From: Amphiscolops sp. MND2022
Lineage: Eukaryota
Direction of reading: 5' to 3'
Assembly: GCA_964187785.1 (NCBI GenBank)
Contig: OZ076409.1
Coordinates: 87,050,001 to 87,114,000 of the forward strand
Length of the DNA stretch: 64,000 nt
Shown: positions 39,495 to 52,743 of the stretch, piece by piece
Numbering within the stretch: the first letter of the stretch is position 1
How the letters are laid out: each line of letters begins with the position of its first letter
Program-made: the position numbers and the translations under genes
The notes under the pieces: generated by a model
Database searches by the model: none
What the model saw: only the letters and a program-made list of their open reading frames with translations
What the model was told of the DNA's origin: nothing

Positions 39495-39899
39495 CTAACA
39501 AACTAGTAAAGTGTATGCTTTGCGATGACAAATACGATAGTGCAGTGCAAGTAACAAGGTTCGTAAGAGACTGGGGTGGTGATAAATAATCAGTGTATCT
39601 TCTTTGTCTCCTGGGGTGAAAACCTCATGATTGTGAGCAATTAGTCTGGTAGCTTCACGGACAATAAGTGCCAAGCGGTACAACTTGCAATTTTTGTATA
39701 GTGTGGAAAAATGTGGTAGACGTAATTTGGTCTTGACACGTTCAAGTCTCCCGCCTGGAACGATTGTAAGGCACAGTGTAAAAACATGTTGTTTGAACAC
39801 AGTAGTTGAATCTGGATTTCCAATTTCCCTCAGCTGATGCTGCAATTGGGTGATGTTTTCGTTTGTACAACGAATAAGGACGCTTTTAACCATAACCAC
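39495..39899 (-). CDS. Hypothetical Polinton-associated protein
   Basis: 134-aa intronless ORF downstream of a repeated CArG module; no known motif. Confidence 0.35.
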   Translation of the reverse strand: MVMVKSVLIRCTNENITQLQHQLREIGNPDSTTVFKQHVFTLCLTIVPGGRLERVKTKLRLPHFSTLYKNCKLYRLALIVREATRLIAHNHEVFTPGDKEDTLIIYHHPSLLRTLLLALHYRICHRKAYTLLVC

Positions 39900-40289
39900 T
39901 GAAATAAAGTGTACACAGTTAATTTTATGGATTCAAAGCCCAATTCTTGTTGACTCAAAACAGATTTATGCAATTGCATTTCTTGAAAGCATAAGTTGCA
40001 CAACGTATTAATTCTTGAATATCAAAAAATGAAAATGACACATATCGCAACAAAACTGTATCGCTACGGAAGCAACTCGATTGTTAAGCTGCTAACAGAA
40101 TAATAAAAAAAATGCCGGAACGTTCAGTCATCATTGTCAATCTACCTTTTATGGAAGGTATGAGTAACTTTATCATAAAAGGGAGCGTAAACCTACCATA
40201 AAAGGAAAAAGTAATTACGTACTAGAGTCAGCGTTGCCTCTAAAGTATATGACAATCAATTTTTTCTCTCTGAATGTTGATAATTTAAG

Positions 40290-40434
40290 GTTGTGACAAT
40301 GCGAAATTGGGACATTTAGAGCAAAATAATGTCCCAACGGAGCATCTCTTTTTGTGTACTGACAGGATATGCTTAGATACTTTGGTACCACAATTGGCGC
40401 AGGCAACTTTTAGAATTCGATCAAGAGCAGGCAT
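40290..40434 (-). pseudogene. Truncated C2H2 zinc-finger N-terminus, paralog of the pPolB-associated N-terminus
   Basis: CANCGTKVSKHILSVHKKRCSVGTLFCSKCPNF resembles QRCSVRIIYCHNCINF at ~42000. Confidence 0.55.
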
Positions 40435-40878
40435 TATAAGCAGCAAGTGTAACAAGACTCTATCTGAAAGCAAGCAACTAGATTGCAGAAAAGTGAAATG
40501 AATAATGAAATGAAAGTGGTTGAAAACTCTGTTTATGTAATTGTTCAACCATATACGGAAGATATGAGTCATTGAACCATGAAAGGAATAGTTAGCCTAA
40601 CATAAAAGGAAAAAGTAATTACGCACTAGCGTCAGTGTTCCCTCTCAAGTACCTGTCAATCACTTTTAATCTCCCTGAAAGTTAATTGCTCAAGTGGAAC
40701 AAGTTTCCTTCAGGGGACAACACATTGTCTGAGATAATCACTCAAGTGGAACAAATTTACTCAAAAAGACGCCAATACGTCTGGGAAAACCTCTCAAGTG
40801 GAGTAGTTATCCGACCATAAAAGATTAGTAGCGTGGGTAGCTGACAGCTGGTTACCCTTTCATCATGCATTCCTTTAA

Positions 40879-42096
40879 TTACATTCCATAACTGGAAATT
40901 GAATGTAGTTCAAGTTTGATTGGTTGACAAAAGTAACACTGACAAGTCGAGCAACGGAATGCGTTGAAGAGCGCTTGAATGTTTGCTACATAGTAAATGT
41001 GACTGTTGTAGCGTAGCAACCTAACAGTACTGGAATGCTTCTGCAGACTCCATCTGACAAGCTCACCCACAAAATATCCGTCCACAGTGTCAACATTGTA
41101 TAAAATATTGTTTATCCCCAGAGTTTCTTCCGCTGTCTGTTTATCGTTCAAGCAAACACCTTGAAATGTTGAAGACTCAACTTTTCCTTTCTCTTTCATT
41201 TAGAGATGGAAAAAGTAACGAGTTCTCTCTTCTGACGCCAAGGATTTGAAAAAAAATTAAATTGTCACAAGTGTTTTGACCACAAGTGAGACAATTAATA
41301 AATCGTTCCTTCAAAAGATGGTCCGGTAAAAGTGCATTTCTACAACCCATTGGAATATTCTTTAGTAAAATTGCTTAAACTAACATTTGTCAACTTCCAA
41401 AACTGCCATTTTGTGTTGACCATTCCACAGGGACAAGCTGTTATGTCATTTATTGAAGCAATCATTGCTTTAAATTGTTTCAAGTCGTCCCCTGTAACCA
41501 ACAGTTTGTTTTTCTCCAACAATGAACTTTTTCCTGTAGGATAAACAAATCGACAGCGTGAGTCCTCAATATTTTCCATTACAAATCCGAAAGCTACATT
41601 GACTATAGCTGCGTATTTCAAGTGTCCAAGTAAGCCATCCAGCTTGGAATTGAGTTCAAAATACTGAAAGGTTCAATGCGAAGTTGAATGTAACGTGATC
41701 TCCTCGCTCCATTTTTCAATCAACCAGAAATTGCTCATACCCACATGGAACATTTTTGGTGTACGCACCGATGGTATTGTTGCGAAATGGACCTGGACGT
41801 GGACAGTGCAACCGAGTTCCTAACTTTTTTGTTGAATGCTTCCTGTTTTCAGGTTGTGCTGGTGGAAAAAACCCAAGAATTTCTGTCTGACACACTTTAC
41901 ATGTTTTACTTCAAGCTCAACATTTTGCTGTTCACAATACTGTAAATCAAATCAGCTTGGGTTATTGTTCAGAAATTAATGCAATTGTGACAGTAAATAA
42001 TTCGAACAGAACATCTTTGTTGTACAGAACGCTTCGTTTCTGTTTTTGTTGCAGTTTTTTCAAGTAAAGCTCCATCATTTCCACCAAGAACACGCA
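40879..42096 (-). pseudogene. N-terminal region of a Polinton-type protein-primed DNA polymerase B gene
   Basis: VNVAFGFVMENIE, NTKWQFWKLTNV, VRLLRYNSHIYYVANIQALFNAFRCSTC...H; catalytic domains absent. Confidence 0.6.
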
Positions 42097-43172
42097 TTGT
42101 AACAATGTAACGCAACAAATCTGTATCTCTACCGAAGCAACTTGTCAGTGAAACGGTCAACAGAATAAAGACAAAAATGGCGGAAAGTTCAGTGAAAACC
42201 TTCAATCTGCCTTTTATGGAAAGTATGAGTCACTGAACCATAAAAAGAAGTATCAACCTACTTTACCAGGACAAATTAAATACGCAAAAGCATCTGCGTT
42301 CCCTCTAATGTACCTGTCAATCATTTTTCTTCCCAGTGAAAGTTGATTGCTCAAGTAGAACTCGTTCCTTTCAAGTAGCGACGAGTAAGTCCAGGAAGAC
42401 CACTCAAGTGGAACAAATCCCTCAGTTTGACGTTGCGGAGTCTGAGAAAATAACTCAAGCGTAATAAAACCCATAGGAAAAGACGACATATTGTCTGGGA
42501 AAGCTACTCTTGGTGAATAATACCCATTAAAAAGACGCCACATTGACTGCGAAAATCACTATCCAGTGAATTATCGTTTTTTAACGCTAGATAGCGTGCG
42601 TAACTGACAGATGATTACACTTTTATCTTTTCTCTTCAAATATCAATTTCCAACAAAGGAATTTCTCAGAAATCACAAAATGGAAATGTTCAAATGTCAC
42701 CCCTAACGTAGCATTATCATGGTAAATTGGTAGTGGTACGCGTAATAATGATACTGTTAATAGAAAAGCGTATCAAAGTCACACGCTTTCTCACACTGAT
42801 CCATTGTGAGTTGAATCAATTAGGAGTCAATAATAAACTAATTTTACTTTAGTTGCATTTTACTTTACTCAAACGTTTCACATTTTTCACTTGGCTGACA
42901 AAATGGAGTATTTTTACGTTACACAATCAAGTGAATGATTGTTTATAGACCAACAAGTTGTACATCTAACGTTCAATATAAATGAGCTTTTCTTTTGTAG
43001 TGTATCAATCGTGATTTATGTATCAAACTCATTGTACTTGATCAATCAATGACTATGCAGTAAAAAAAACAGATCCTGCTCACAAAGCACTCGTCCACTG
43101 GATTAGCTAAAAATTCTGTTTAAGTAGAAATGATATATTTTTTCCTCATAAAACAAAACAATAGACAACGAA

Positions 43173-43625
43173 TCACCGATTAAATAGTTGCACAGTCCAT
43201 GTACCAAAAATTTTTGCCTTCTTTTCAGCGCAGTGAAGATTTGTTCGATGTCTGTAGGGATAGCTGGAACACAACCAGTCACAATTGAGTTCTTGAATCT
43301 TTGGACATCCGTAGTCATCTAAATTTTCGACCTGCTTGCCCAGTAACGCGCTCAACATTGTGCATTTTTTCAATCCTTTTGCAAAGAATTCGGCTCTGTA
43401 CTGCTTGAGACTAGTCAAAATCTTTGTAACGTCATTGTAGTCCAGGGCACCGCTTCTCCAATCAATTTTGTGCAAAATATTTGTGCACCAATGTGTTTGG
43501 AACGTTGGGTGAAAACTTGTTGATGGTTTGAAGGAATATCCAAACACTTGTCCGTCAATAAAAACGCCCAACTCTTTCACAACATTTTTGTCTGCAAGCT
43601 CAACATCCAGCACAATCAGAGACAT
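43173..43625 (-). CDS. DEDD/DnaQ-like exonuclease-family protein of the type found in Polintons/adintoviruses (intact)
   Basis: IVLDVE...VKELGV, FKP, LHKIDWRSG, AKG, VENLDDYGCP, C..Y...H....HCA. Confidence 0.7.
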   Translation of the reverse strand: MSLIVLDVELADKNVVKELGVFIDGQVFGYSFKPSTSFHPTFQTHWCTNILHKIDWRSGALDYNDVTKILTSLKQYRAEFFAKGLKKCTMLSALLGKQVENLDDYGCPKIQELNCDWLCSSYPYRHRTNLHCAEKKAKIFGTWTVQLFNR

Positions 43626-44379
43626 TGTTGGAAATTTACAGAGACAAATTTGATTGGAGCTAACAATCTGGATCACACTTGGTGTCGATCCAAACTTTGT
43701 AAGTCAAAATGTAAATCTCTCAGCAAGCAACTTGTTTGTACGTCTATGAAATTTAAAATGAACTGAAAATGACTACCGAAGAATTTAGTTGTCATTCTAC
43801 CATATATGGCAATCTTTATATGACGAAGTCTTCCCAAAAAGGAGAAGCGTCAATCTACCATATATGGAAGCGTAAATCTACCATATATGGAAACTGTAAT
43901 CACGCTGTAGCACAATTGTTCTCTCAAGTACTTGTGAAAAAATGTCATATTGTTGAGAGATCTCTCCTTCGGGAGACCAAATGCGTACAACTGTATCGTA
44001 AAAACTTCAAAAGACGTTACCTTATATGGGAAAACCTCTCACGTAGAGCGACTGATTTTCTTCCGAGGTTCATTTTTTTACCTTTCGTACCTCCTCATGT
44101 GTTACATTTCAAGTTAACCCATATTAGGTAACCATCAAAACATTCATAGAGCACTGTCAGAGTAATTCGTACACGGAGTCACGTGTTGCTGGTCGCAAAA
44201 TCCGAACATCACCAGGGAAGCAATACGTCCATTGATATACGGTAATATTGATTTTTTACACTAGTGCGACTTTTTACACTCCCTTTGAGGTCTTGCGCAG
44301 AATTTTATGCAATGAAAATTGACTGCACATAAAAATTTTGTTTTTATATATGACGGTATTTATACTATTTGCATTTAAA

Positions 44380-44800
44380 TCTGACATGGCGTAACAGTTT
44401 CACTTTTAAATCTGACACGTTGCAAAAATTTCAAGTTAAAATCAGACGCGTTGTAAAATTTTCCCAAAAAAATACGACACGTTGTAACATTTTCCCAAAG
44501 AAATACGACACGTTGTAAAAATTCTACTTTAAAATCAGACAAGAACTAAAAAATTTTTGCTTCAAAATCTGTCTTTTTAAAACTGTATCGCAAGTGCAAA
44601 ATTTGTCGTTTTTACGGAGTAAAATGGGTGAAAACCAGTCTTTTTAAAAATAAAAACGCCTTCCAAATCTGTCTTTTTAATTTTTTCTTCTCGTGTAAAA
44701 TAAAACACGTTGTAAAATTTTCCCAAAAAAATACGACACGTTGTAAAATTTTTCCAAAAAAATAAGACATGTTGTAAAATTTTACTTGTAAAAGTGTGCA
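44380..44800. repeat. Minisatellite of AAAATACGACACGTTGTAAAATTTTCCC-like units
   Basis: Multiple degenerate ~28-30-bp copies in two blocks. Confidence 0.7.
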
Positions 44801-44818
44801 TTTTAATTTCAATCAAAA

Positions 44819-45517
44819 ATGAGCAAGTGTTCCGACGACTTTTGTAACTTAGTAAAGTGGACGATTTATACTATTGGAGCATTCTTGTTGTTCCTACTAG
44901 CCGTTGCTGCAATTGCTGCTCTCATTGGTCTATTTATTGTCATGTTGAGACTTCCTATCGACCTCTACAAGTCTCATTTCGTTGAAGGAAACAGTGGTTA
45001 GTGTACAAAGATTTAATTTTAAAAGATACTAAATTACTATCATATGTATGTCATCCTTCCTTTTTAGGTAATGATTACATTTCCTTTTATGGAAATCACG
45101 TGACTATTCCTTTTAAGGTAACAATTCCATCTTTTGAGGTTCATTTTGTTCAACAAAAACACAACGTTCAGATGGCTGCTGTAATGATGCAAGTTGTTCC
45201 AAGTTTTTACTCTGTATACTCTACAAAGAGTGTACACATTTGTGCAAACACATATGAAAAGTATCTTGTCAGCAAAGACTATTGTGTTGCACAACACGAA
45301 GATTCCATGTGTACCGTTCCCAATTGTAAATATCACATTTTGCTCATTGCAGAGAAGGATGAGAATGACTTGATGCAAAAATTGGACACTTTTTGTTTTA
45401 CATATCAATTGGTCGACTGTCTTTATACTTTATTCAAGTATCGCTTTGATGGAAAGATTGTTACCAAAAATGGACAAGTGTTTGACAATATTGAACGAGC
45501 TGTACGATTCAATCAAT
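44819..45517 (+). CDS. Two adjacent hypothetical ORFs (60-aa single-TM peptide; >170-aa ORF cut by the gap)
   Basis: Abutting intronless ORFs next to the Polinton relic; no known motif. Confidence 0.3.
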
Positions 45518-45717
45518 NNNNNNNNNNNNNNNNNNNNNNNNNNNNNNNNNNNNNNNNNNNNNNNNNNNNNNNNNNNNNNNNNNNNNNNNNNNNNNNNNNN
45601 NNNNNNNNNNNNNNNNNNNNNNNNNNNNNNNNNNNNNNNNNNNNNNNNNNNNNNNNNNNNNNNNNNNNNNNNNNNNNNNNNNNNNNNNNNNNNNNNNNNN
45701 NNNNNNNNNNNNNNNNN
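45518..45717. other. Assembly gap
   Basis: Run of N. Confidence 1.
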
Positions 45718-46688
45718 TGTTTAATAATTACATCAACTGAAGGAAAATCACTTGAATCCTGGTTATTGCTTTCATTAAAGGTCACCTGACCGTTAACGGC
45801 AAGGAACATCAAAGTAACGGAGAAGACTTGAAATTGCAACATAATACTTTGAAAGCAACTTCAAATGGAACAAGGTATCACTATCAATTATCTATCAAAA
45901 CAATCTCTTAAAGTGTCAACAAATGGTAAAAGGTATTACAAATATGCATCATCAACATCGGCACGCGCTAACACGCGAGACAAATAGGTTATTAAAACTT
46001 CAAATTCTTTAAGTTACATGCGCGGGGATTTATTATTTTTGTAGCCTAATACGGCCAATAGGCACGATATTGCATTTCGAATAGTAGCCGGAATAGGTAC
46101 GGGGACTGGTTCTGACAACATCATCCATACTAAACAATGATCACTCCAAACAATAATACTAATTACATTTTTTCATATCAATAACAATTGCGCTCCCAAC
46201 ACATGAAAAAATAGCATCATAAGTAGACTAATGACCTCAATACATTGTTCGGCCGGATCCGGCCAGTTGCCCAATTCTAATCACACAAAATTAAAGTACT
46301 GTCAAATGGCCGTAATCGGTGAACAAAATTACTGCGAGCCTAATTAAAGAGCTGTGATTGACTGTTTGCTTGCCGGAAAGTCTCGCTGCCGTAGAATTAC
46401 GGGAGCTCATTTGAATTCGTTCCCGAACTTCTACGCAGTAATTCACTTTTGCATTGCAATTGTAATTTTACAGCTAGTTTCAAATTTCAACAATTCACTC
46501 GTCAATTTGGATAATCTAGCAACTGTTAACAGACTAATAGCACATAACATCAAAGTATATTACAAATACTAATAAAGCGGAGACTAATATTCATTCCAAA
46601 GTTTGTAGAGTTCTAATATATTGGTAGTTTACCTGTTGCGGTTTCCTCGTCATAATTCTCGTACCGTCATAGGCGGCAGCCTGTCACA
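45718..46688 (-). mobile_element. Probable LTR (partial, runs into the gap)
   Basis: Minus-strand start TGTGACAGGCTGCCGCCT resembles the solo-LTR start TGTCGCGGGCTGCCGCCT (1953). Confidence 0.4.
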
Positions 46689-49540
46689 ATACCACTTCTG
46701 CAAGATTCTTGTAAGAAATGTATGGGTTTTTCGACTAGGGTATATGAGCATTATATTTTTCCAAAAAACGAAGAAGCATGAAAATGAATGAATCAGACCA
46801 ATAGTATTTCCAAAACGTCCTCTAAAACGTGCTCAAATAAAATTTCTCACAAAATATATATTTAAACTCTCGAAATTGAAAAGATGCTTGTGATATTTGA
46901 ACCATGGAACCTAGGAACAATATTTTTTCAAATCGCTTTCTCCAGCGCCGAATAAGCATTCAATCGTTCATTATTTAGCATTAAATTTTTGTGACAGGAT
47001 TTTGGTTGTTCAAAATAGATCTTTTCACTTTCCTAGAGCTTACTGTACCAAGATGAGAGAGTTACAGCAGTGGTACCTTCTCTCTCAAGAGCATGAATAG
47101 CATGAAAACCTCATAATTCCAGGTAAATTTACCTATGATCATGAGGTTTTCATGCCATTCAATACACATTTGACACAGTTCCATCTGATTCCATGCATGA
47201 AACCAGGACATCCATCCTTTCTAAGCGTTTCAAACATATGGTTTCACACGATTCCATGCATGGAAACGGCATGAAATAATGGAATGGAACCACGCGTTTC
47301 CTTGCATGGAATTACATGCTGGTTCCAGGTAGATCTCCGGGAATGAAAGAATCGTTGATTCTTGTTGTTGAATGCATCGTCGGTCAAAGCGATGAGTTCG
47401 ATATGAGTCAGGTAGTCCCTTTGCAAATAGCACAATGAAGGTCGTTCAGATGACTGGCGTCGGCGGATGAGACGATAAACATGGCGATTGAAGTCTATCT
47501 GAACACTTCAAGTTGAGTAATTACGTCACAATTGGGTTGATGTCAAGGTCAACAATAAGTGAAACGTATCAAACGCGGAAACGAAATTGAAGTTTCTTCC
47601 TCTAAACTGTCAAAATGACACTAGACAACAAAAGTGACAGTTGATTACATTCTAGCGAGTCTACTAAGTTACTGAGATAAAAGCTTTCTGTACAAAAGGA
47701 ATCAATAGATCGCATTCCAACTCCAAAGACAATTCAATTCAACGATTACTCGAAAATTTAAAAACCATTTTTGGTCATCAAAATCGAGCTTCTTTTGAGA
47801 TAGCCGTGACTCTTACTTTTGTGACCAAGTGCATTTCGTGCATATTTATTGCCAATATAATTCAAATTTCGCCAGAATTGGGACATTCGGCTCTTGAAAT
47901 TTGCGTTTCTTAGTTATAGGTGTCGAAGAAGTTAAATATTGTACTAGTTGACCCGAAAAGCATCTCATTGCATTGCAGCTGGAAAATGACATTCCCAACG
48001 TTACATGAAATATGGTATCACATTTCTGCAGTTGAAAGTGATGAGAATAAAAAATCGATAAACGTAGAGCTTCTCGCCGTTCTCTTAGCTCTGGATTTTT
48101 ACGTGATGAATTTTCAATGAATTACTTGAACGTCTTTCCTGAAAATTTAATCTGTTTCCAGATGCGCTTCCAAAGAGGCTTTCACCACTTTCCCATACAT
48201 GTGCATATATTATTCGAGAAAAAAATCAGAACGCAAAACTGTATACTTTTTGTAAGTGACAAAATACAGTTTCGTAAGGACATGCATATCATTTTCTTTC
48301 CATTCGAATGTTTTGCGGTGGCTGTGACGTAATGAAATTTTCCATGCGCAGAAATCCAAAGTTGATCATTATTGTATGTTATTATTGTGCGAATGGAAAC
48401 AATATGTTCACGCGCGTTGGTGCACTGACGTTGGGAATGGATTCATGCATGGTATGATCCCTCAATTCGGTGGCGCGGAACAAACGTTCCTGAAGAGGAC
48501 ATAAGTGATGCAACAATCGAGCAGCCAACTCAAATAGTTATCTCTATCGTCATAAGCCCCTTTATATCCAAATGTCATTCCGCTAATGATACTCTTCTGT
48601 AACATCAAATCCACATCAAACCAATTCCTAGTATCAAACTAGATATTACTGTTAGAACTGGTTATAACGCTTTTAACTTTTGCTTATAACTACTTTATTC
48701 ACTTTACGGGAATCGAACGTGGAAGCTACATGCTGCAGCTGAAAGTGTTCTGGATTTTTGAAAGATTTCTCTGGCTCCGAAGCAAAATCGGATTATGGAA
48801 AAGATTCCCGAACAAAGTGCTGACAGTCAAAATGTGTAAGTTGCCTTTTGTTGATTACTATTACAGTAGTGCATGTATACTAGTAATTCATGAATATTGG
48901 AGCCAATTGCCCGCAAAGGTGAGGGTTGATTTTACTTCAATTGCATATAATAACCTATTACTTTTCCGAAACATTTTTATGCATACCTTTCACCTTGCTC
49001 ACAACACGGGGCATAATCCATAGAATTTTTTGGGCTGAGAAAAAGGATTTTTGAGCTCTTTGATTCATTAATTAAGGAACTACAATCGTAGAACAGAGAC
49101 GATTGACCTCCTTATCAAGCCAAACCACTCGTAACATAATTGAGCAAATACTTCGCTTGTCAATTGAAGAATTCTGATGTGGAAAAAAGTTGTTGACGAA
49201 AAGAGGGACTGTTTACTTCTCACAAACAATATGGTGCAATTTAAAAGCTCAAACCGTAATGATCAAATACAAACATAAAGCAGCTTGAACTGAGAAGCGA
49301 TTCGAAATGAAACAACATATCATTCCATTGAAAGATTTTTAGGCACTATCTGCTTAACTTTGAGATCAGCAAGTTTACATTTCAATTTATAACAAGACAC
49401 CCGCTAACCACCGGGATACTTTCCGCCACACGCTTATTGCAAAAAGTATGGCGAAGGCAAGGTTGGAAAAGCAAAAAAAAATCAAGCACTAGCCCAGGAT
49501 CTACAACCTGACTGAGCCATCATAATTGAAGTAACTGCGT

Positions 49541-51358
49541 TGTAACTATCGCTAGTAAACAAGTTACTAAAATAGTCATCAAGAAAAGATGGAGATAGTG
49601 GAGATTTGGCAGAATTAGGAAAATGCATCACAGATTATGACTTCCTCCCCCATTATACGTGGGCAGAAAATCAAAAAAACGCATCACAGATTATGGTCGT
49701 TGCTTCACATGCCACAAGGGGATTCACAAAATCGCCAGACGACGCGGACACGGAAGAAACAATTGAAACGTTAGACCATAAAACGTTAGAGCTAATAAAA
49801 GTTAACGTAAGAGCAACCTAACACTCGGCAAAACGATTTATTGATTTATTCTAGCTGAAACTTCCGCCATGAAATTTTTTACGCGTGAAGCCGACTTCCA
49901 CAGCTTCGAAAACACACTTTGGCTATCTAGGTGATTTTCACTTACTTTCTTTTCGGCATTGTGAGACTTTTTTTGAAGTTTTTTGGATTCCACCAAAGGT
50001 CTCTCCTTCGCTTGTTTCGATATTTTGCAACACAATGGATGTCAAAAAATCCCAAGGGTCCAATTTTCACATTTTGCGACATGTGACACTGTTCAAAAAT
50101 CTCAATTTGAATTTTTTTCCGATTTTTTTAAAAATCTCTAAAAGGTCCCCCTTTGATTTTTTTCATGTTTTGCAACCAACCGGAGTTTCACAAATCCCAA
50201 AGGGTCCCACCTTTTACAATTTTGAGCCTTAGATATAGTGCCGATATTGGCCGTTCCCGGTTTGTTTCAGTTACTACAGTAATTTGTTCTCATTAAGGAC
50301 GCGTTGTGCCCAGATTTGTGTTGAATTTCAGTACCTTTGTACAAATTACGCGATTTGCCAGTGTCAGGCATTTTTTGTTTTAGTTGCTACATTTTTTCAG
50401 TACCCCGATTGTTCGTACTCGTAATAACCATAATACGTTATTCCAGCATCATTTGTTCTTTTTCAATCAACATTCAGATACTTCTCCGTTCTCAAAATTA
50501 TCTGCTCCGTTTCAGTCGCGTTGCCATTTTCGCGCGTCATACTTTTATCTTGAACTTCACAATTCTCATCTTGGAAATTGGTAATTTGATCTTGCCGGCT
50601 TGTCTTTGTCGATAAAAATATGGAGTAGACATTTATTTTGCGGCCAATTCTAGTTTAAACAGGAAATGCATTGGCATGAATAAAAAAGATGTCAAAAGAT
50701 GCTATGGAGGGACGACGCATCTAGGAATTTTGATATCTGATTTTGTGATGCGGGACTGAAATGATTTGGAATATTAAGGATTTTTAGTGAACAAACCCGA
50801 TTTTTATCATACATAGGAATTTTTAGGTGAGTAACAAATGATGCGGAAAAGGTATATATAGTTATAGCTGACATGTAAATTTCAGTCAAAACTATAGCGG
50901 TTTTCTTGACCACCTTTGTTGTTATAAATCACTTTTCTTTGACGAGTTAACCAATTGCAAAGATCTCATCTTTTCAAATAGAAAAATGAAAACAGAAGTC
51001 AGAAAGAAAAGCCGTAGCTGAGCTAGCATCAGGGGAATCCGAAACCTCATCAGCTGAAAATATTCAAAGTGCAAACTACGTAGCTGGTCCGAGTACATCA
51101 CCTAAAATCCAATCTCAGAAACTTGACAAGGGTAAAACATCCCTGAGAAAGATTATGTCCGATCTAAAAAAGATCTTAACTGAGAACCAAAAGGAGATGT
51201 TAAAACTAAAGGTCCCAGCTGCTAAAAAAACCAATAAAACTCCAAAACCTAGAAAACTCCGATTCTGAACCTGAAAACGTCTTCCCTAAAACTACTTCAA
51301 CCCCGATAAAAACAAAAGCAATTACTTGTAAAACTACACCGATACCGTAGTCGTAACA
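49541..51358 (+). mobile_element. LTR relic related to the 14-27 kb element, with a gag N-terminus
   Basis: Decayed ORF from ~50986 (RSQK-RKAV...VAGPS...ILTENQKEMLKL) aligns with MSTTRSQKRR...VAGPS...ESQKEMLRL; same TAGTCGTAACA end; 5' boundary tentative. Confidence 0.6.
49875..50267 (+). mobile_element. HINE family A variant
   Basis: Same internal repeat and 3' end (GTGCCGATATTGGCCGTTCCCGGTTTGTTT). Confidence 0.7.
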
Positions 51359-52743
51359 AAGAATTGACCAAATATTGCGAGAAAATGAGGACTTGGGTCA
51401 CCTTGAGGGGAAACTTTTCTACCGCACCTTTGCATCAGCTCTGGGAGAGTATGCTCTTTTGTTCTCGACAGATATTTCTAATAGTGCCCCGATTGGAAAA
51501 ATCAAAGATATACAATGCGATGCCACCTTTAAAACAGTTTTTAGCAATTGTTAATAATACATAGGGTCATTCTTGATACTACTATCCCTCTGTGTTACAT
51601 TCTGATGACAGGCAAATCCAGAAGTTTGTATGATGCTATTTTACTCCAAGTTCGTTGCATTGACCATTCTTTCATCAAAAGCTCTCAGTTAATGATTTCG
51701 AACACGCGCTCTTCAGTTCCATTAACTTTTTATTGAATGTTAGATTCAAGGATGTTGTTTCCATTTCCGACAGAGTCTTTGACGAGAATGGCAACAATTA
51801 GGTTTATCAACCATTGAAGAAAGAAAGATTAAACTATGGCTGAAACTTCTCATGGCATTGCCCCTGTTACCGTTTCATTAAATCAGGCCTGCATTTTGTG
51901 AACTTGCTCCCTCTACGCAAGATTTTCATGTATCAGATAAAATGAAGGCATTTTACCAGTACATTGAAAAACAATGGATCCATGGAACTGCCTCCTCGAA
52001 TCTTTGTTTATGGGCAAGCTCGACGAACAAATTCCGAAGGTTTTCACAGTAAATTCGGGAAGCGTATGGCTCAAAACCGACCAAACTTTTGTTTTTTTTC
52101 TGAATAAATCGAAATGTGTTGCAAAAGCGTACCATTTGGAAATAATTCAACTCGGTGAGGGCATTTTGACCCACCGATACAAACGCATTTTAGGCAAAAG
52201 AATCGATTGTTTTATTAGCGAAACTGAACGAAAATTGGATGAAAAGAGGTATACCAGCATGGAATATTTGAAAGTTGTGGCACATGTCACATAGCAATCA
52301 TTCGACAACAATCATTCTAATGAAAAAAATTACAGTTCGTCTCCCTGTTTGTCTCCCGACAATTTTAATTTGGTCTCGATTGTGAAAAGACGGAAATGAC
52401 AAATTTTACCTTCTGTAGTTTCTGCGAGAACCCAAAAATTGAGTTTTGTGCGACGCCGTGTGGGCACATGCTTTGTACAATTTGAATTGAGCGACTGAAT
52501 TGCCCCAAGTGTGATTTTTTAATAGTAACACGTTTTGCAATATTTTTTGATGACTAATGGTTATCTGTGTTGATTGCCCTAATCCTCAGATTCTGGAAAA
52601 ATTTCGGCTCGGAATCTTTTTTTTTCAAAAAAGTTTTTCAGGTTTGATTCCGTTTTTTAGGTCTTATTCTACTATTTTTGAGTTTTAGGTAATTACTTTT
52701 GAATTTTTAGGTCTTTTTCCTTAGGTCCTATTCCCGGTCACCA
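51359..52743 (+). pseudogene. MULE (Mutator) transposase relic with a downstream RING finger and right terminal repeats
   Basis: GTFSTAP-like, PLCYILMTGKS, DFE, QGCCFHFRQ, LMALPLLP, RRTNNSEGFHSK across frameshifts; RING at 52414-52512; TTAGGTCTTATTC repeats to ~52743. Confidence 0.8.

Larger units (their letters stand above)
39495..45517 (-). mobile_element. Polinton/Maverick (adintovirus-like) relic
   Basis: pPolB N-terminal remnants, C2H2 fingers, a DEDD-like ORF, compact intronless ORFs; no capsid, integrase or TIR seen; truncated by the assembly gap; left boundary uncertain. Confidence 0.65.

Noticed and set aside
44380..44800. CRISPR-like regularly spaced repeats
   Set aside because: Eukaryotic context, no unique spacers and no cas genes; a minisatellite
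45718..45842. Signal-peptide-like ORF (MLQFQVFSVTLMFLAVNG...)
   Set aside because: Short, cut by the gap and located inside a probable LTR
47230..49520. Scattered coding-like fragments
   Set aside because: No continuous frame or recognisable motif; probably decayed element sequence
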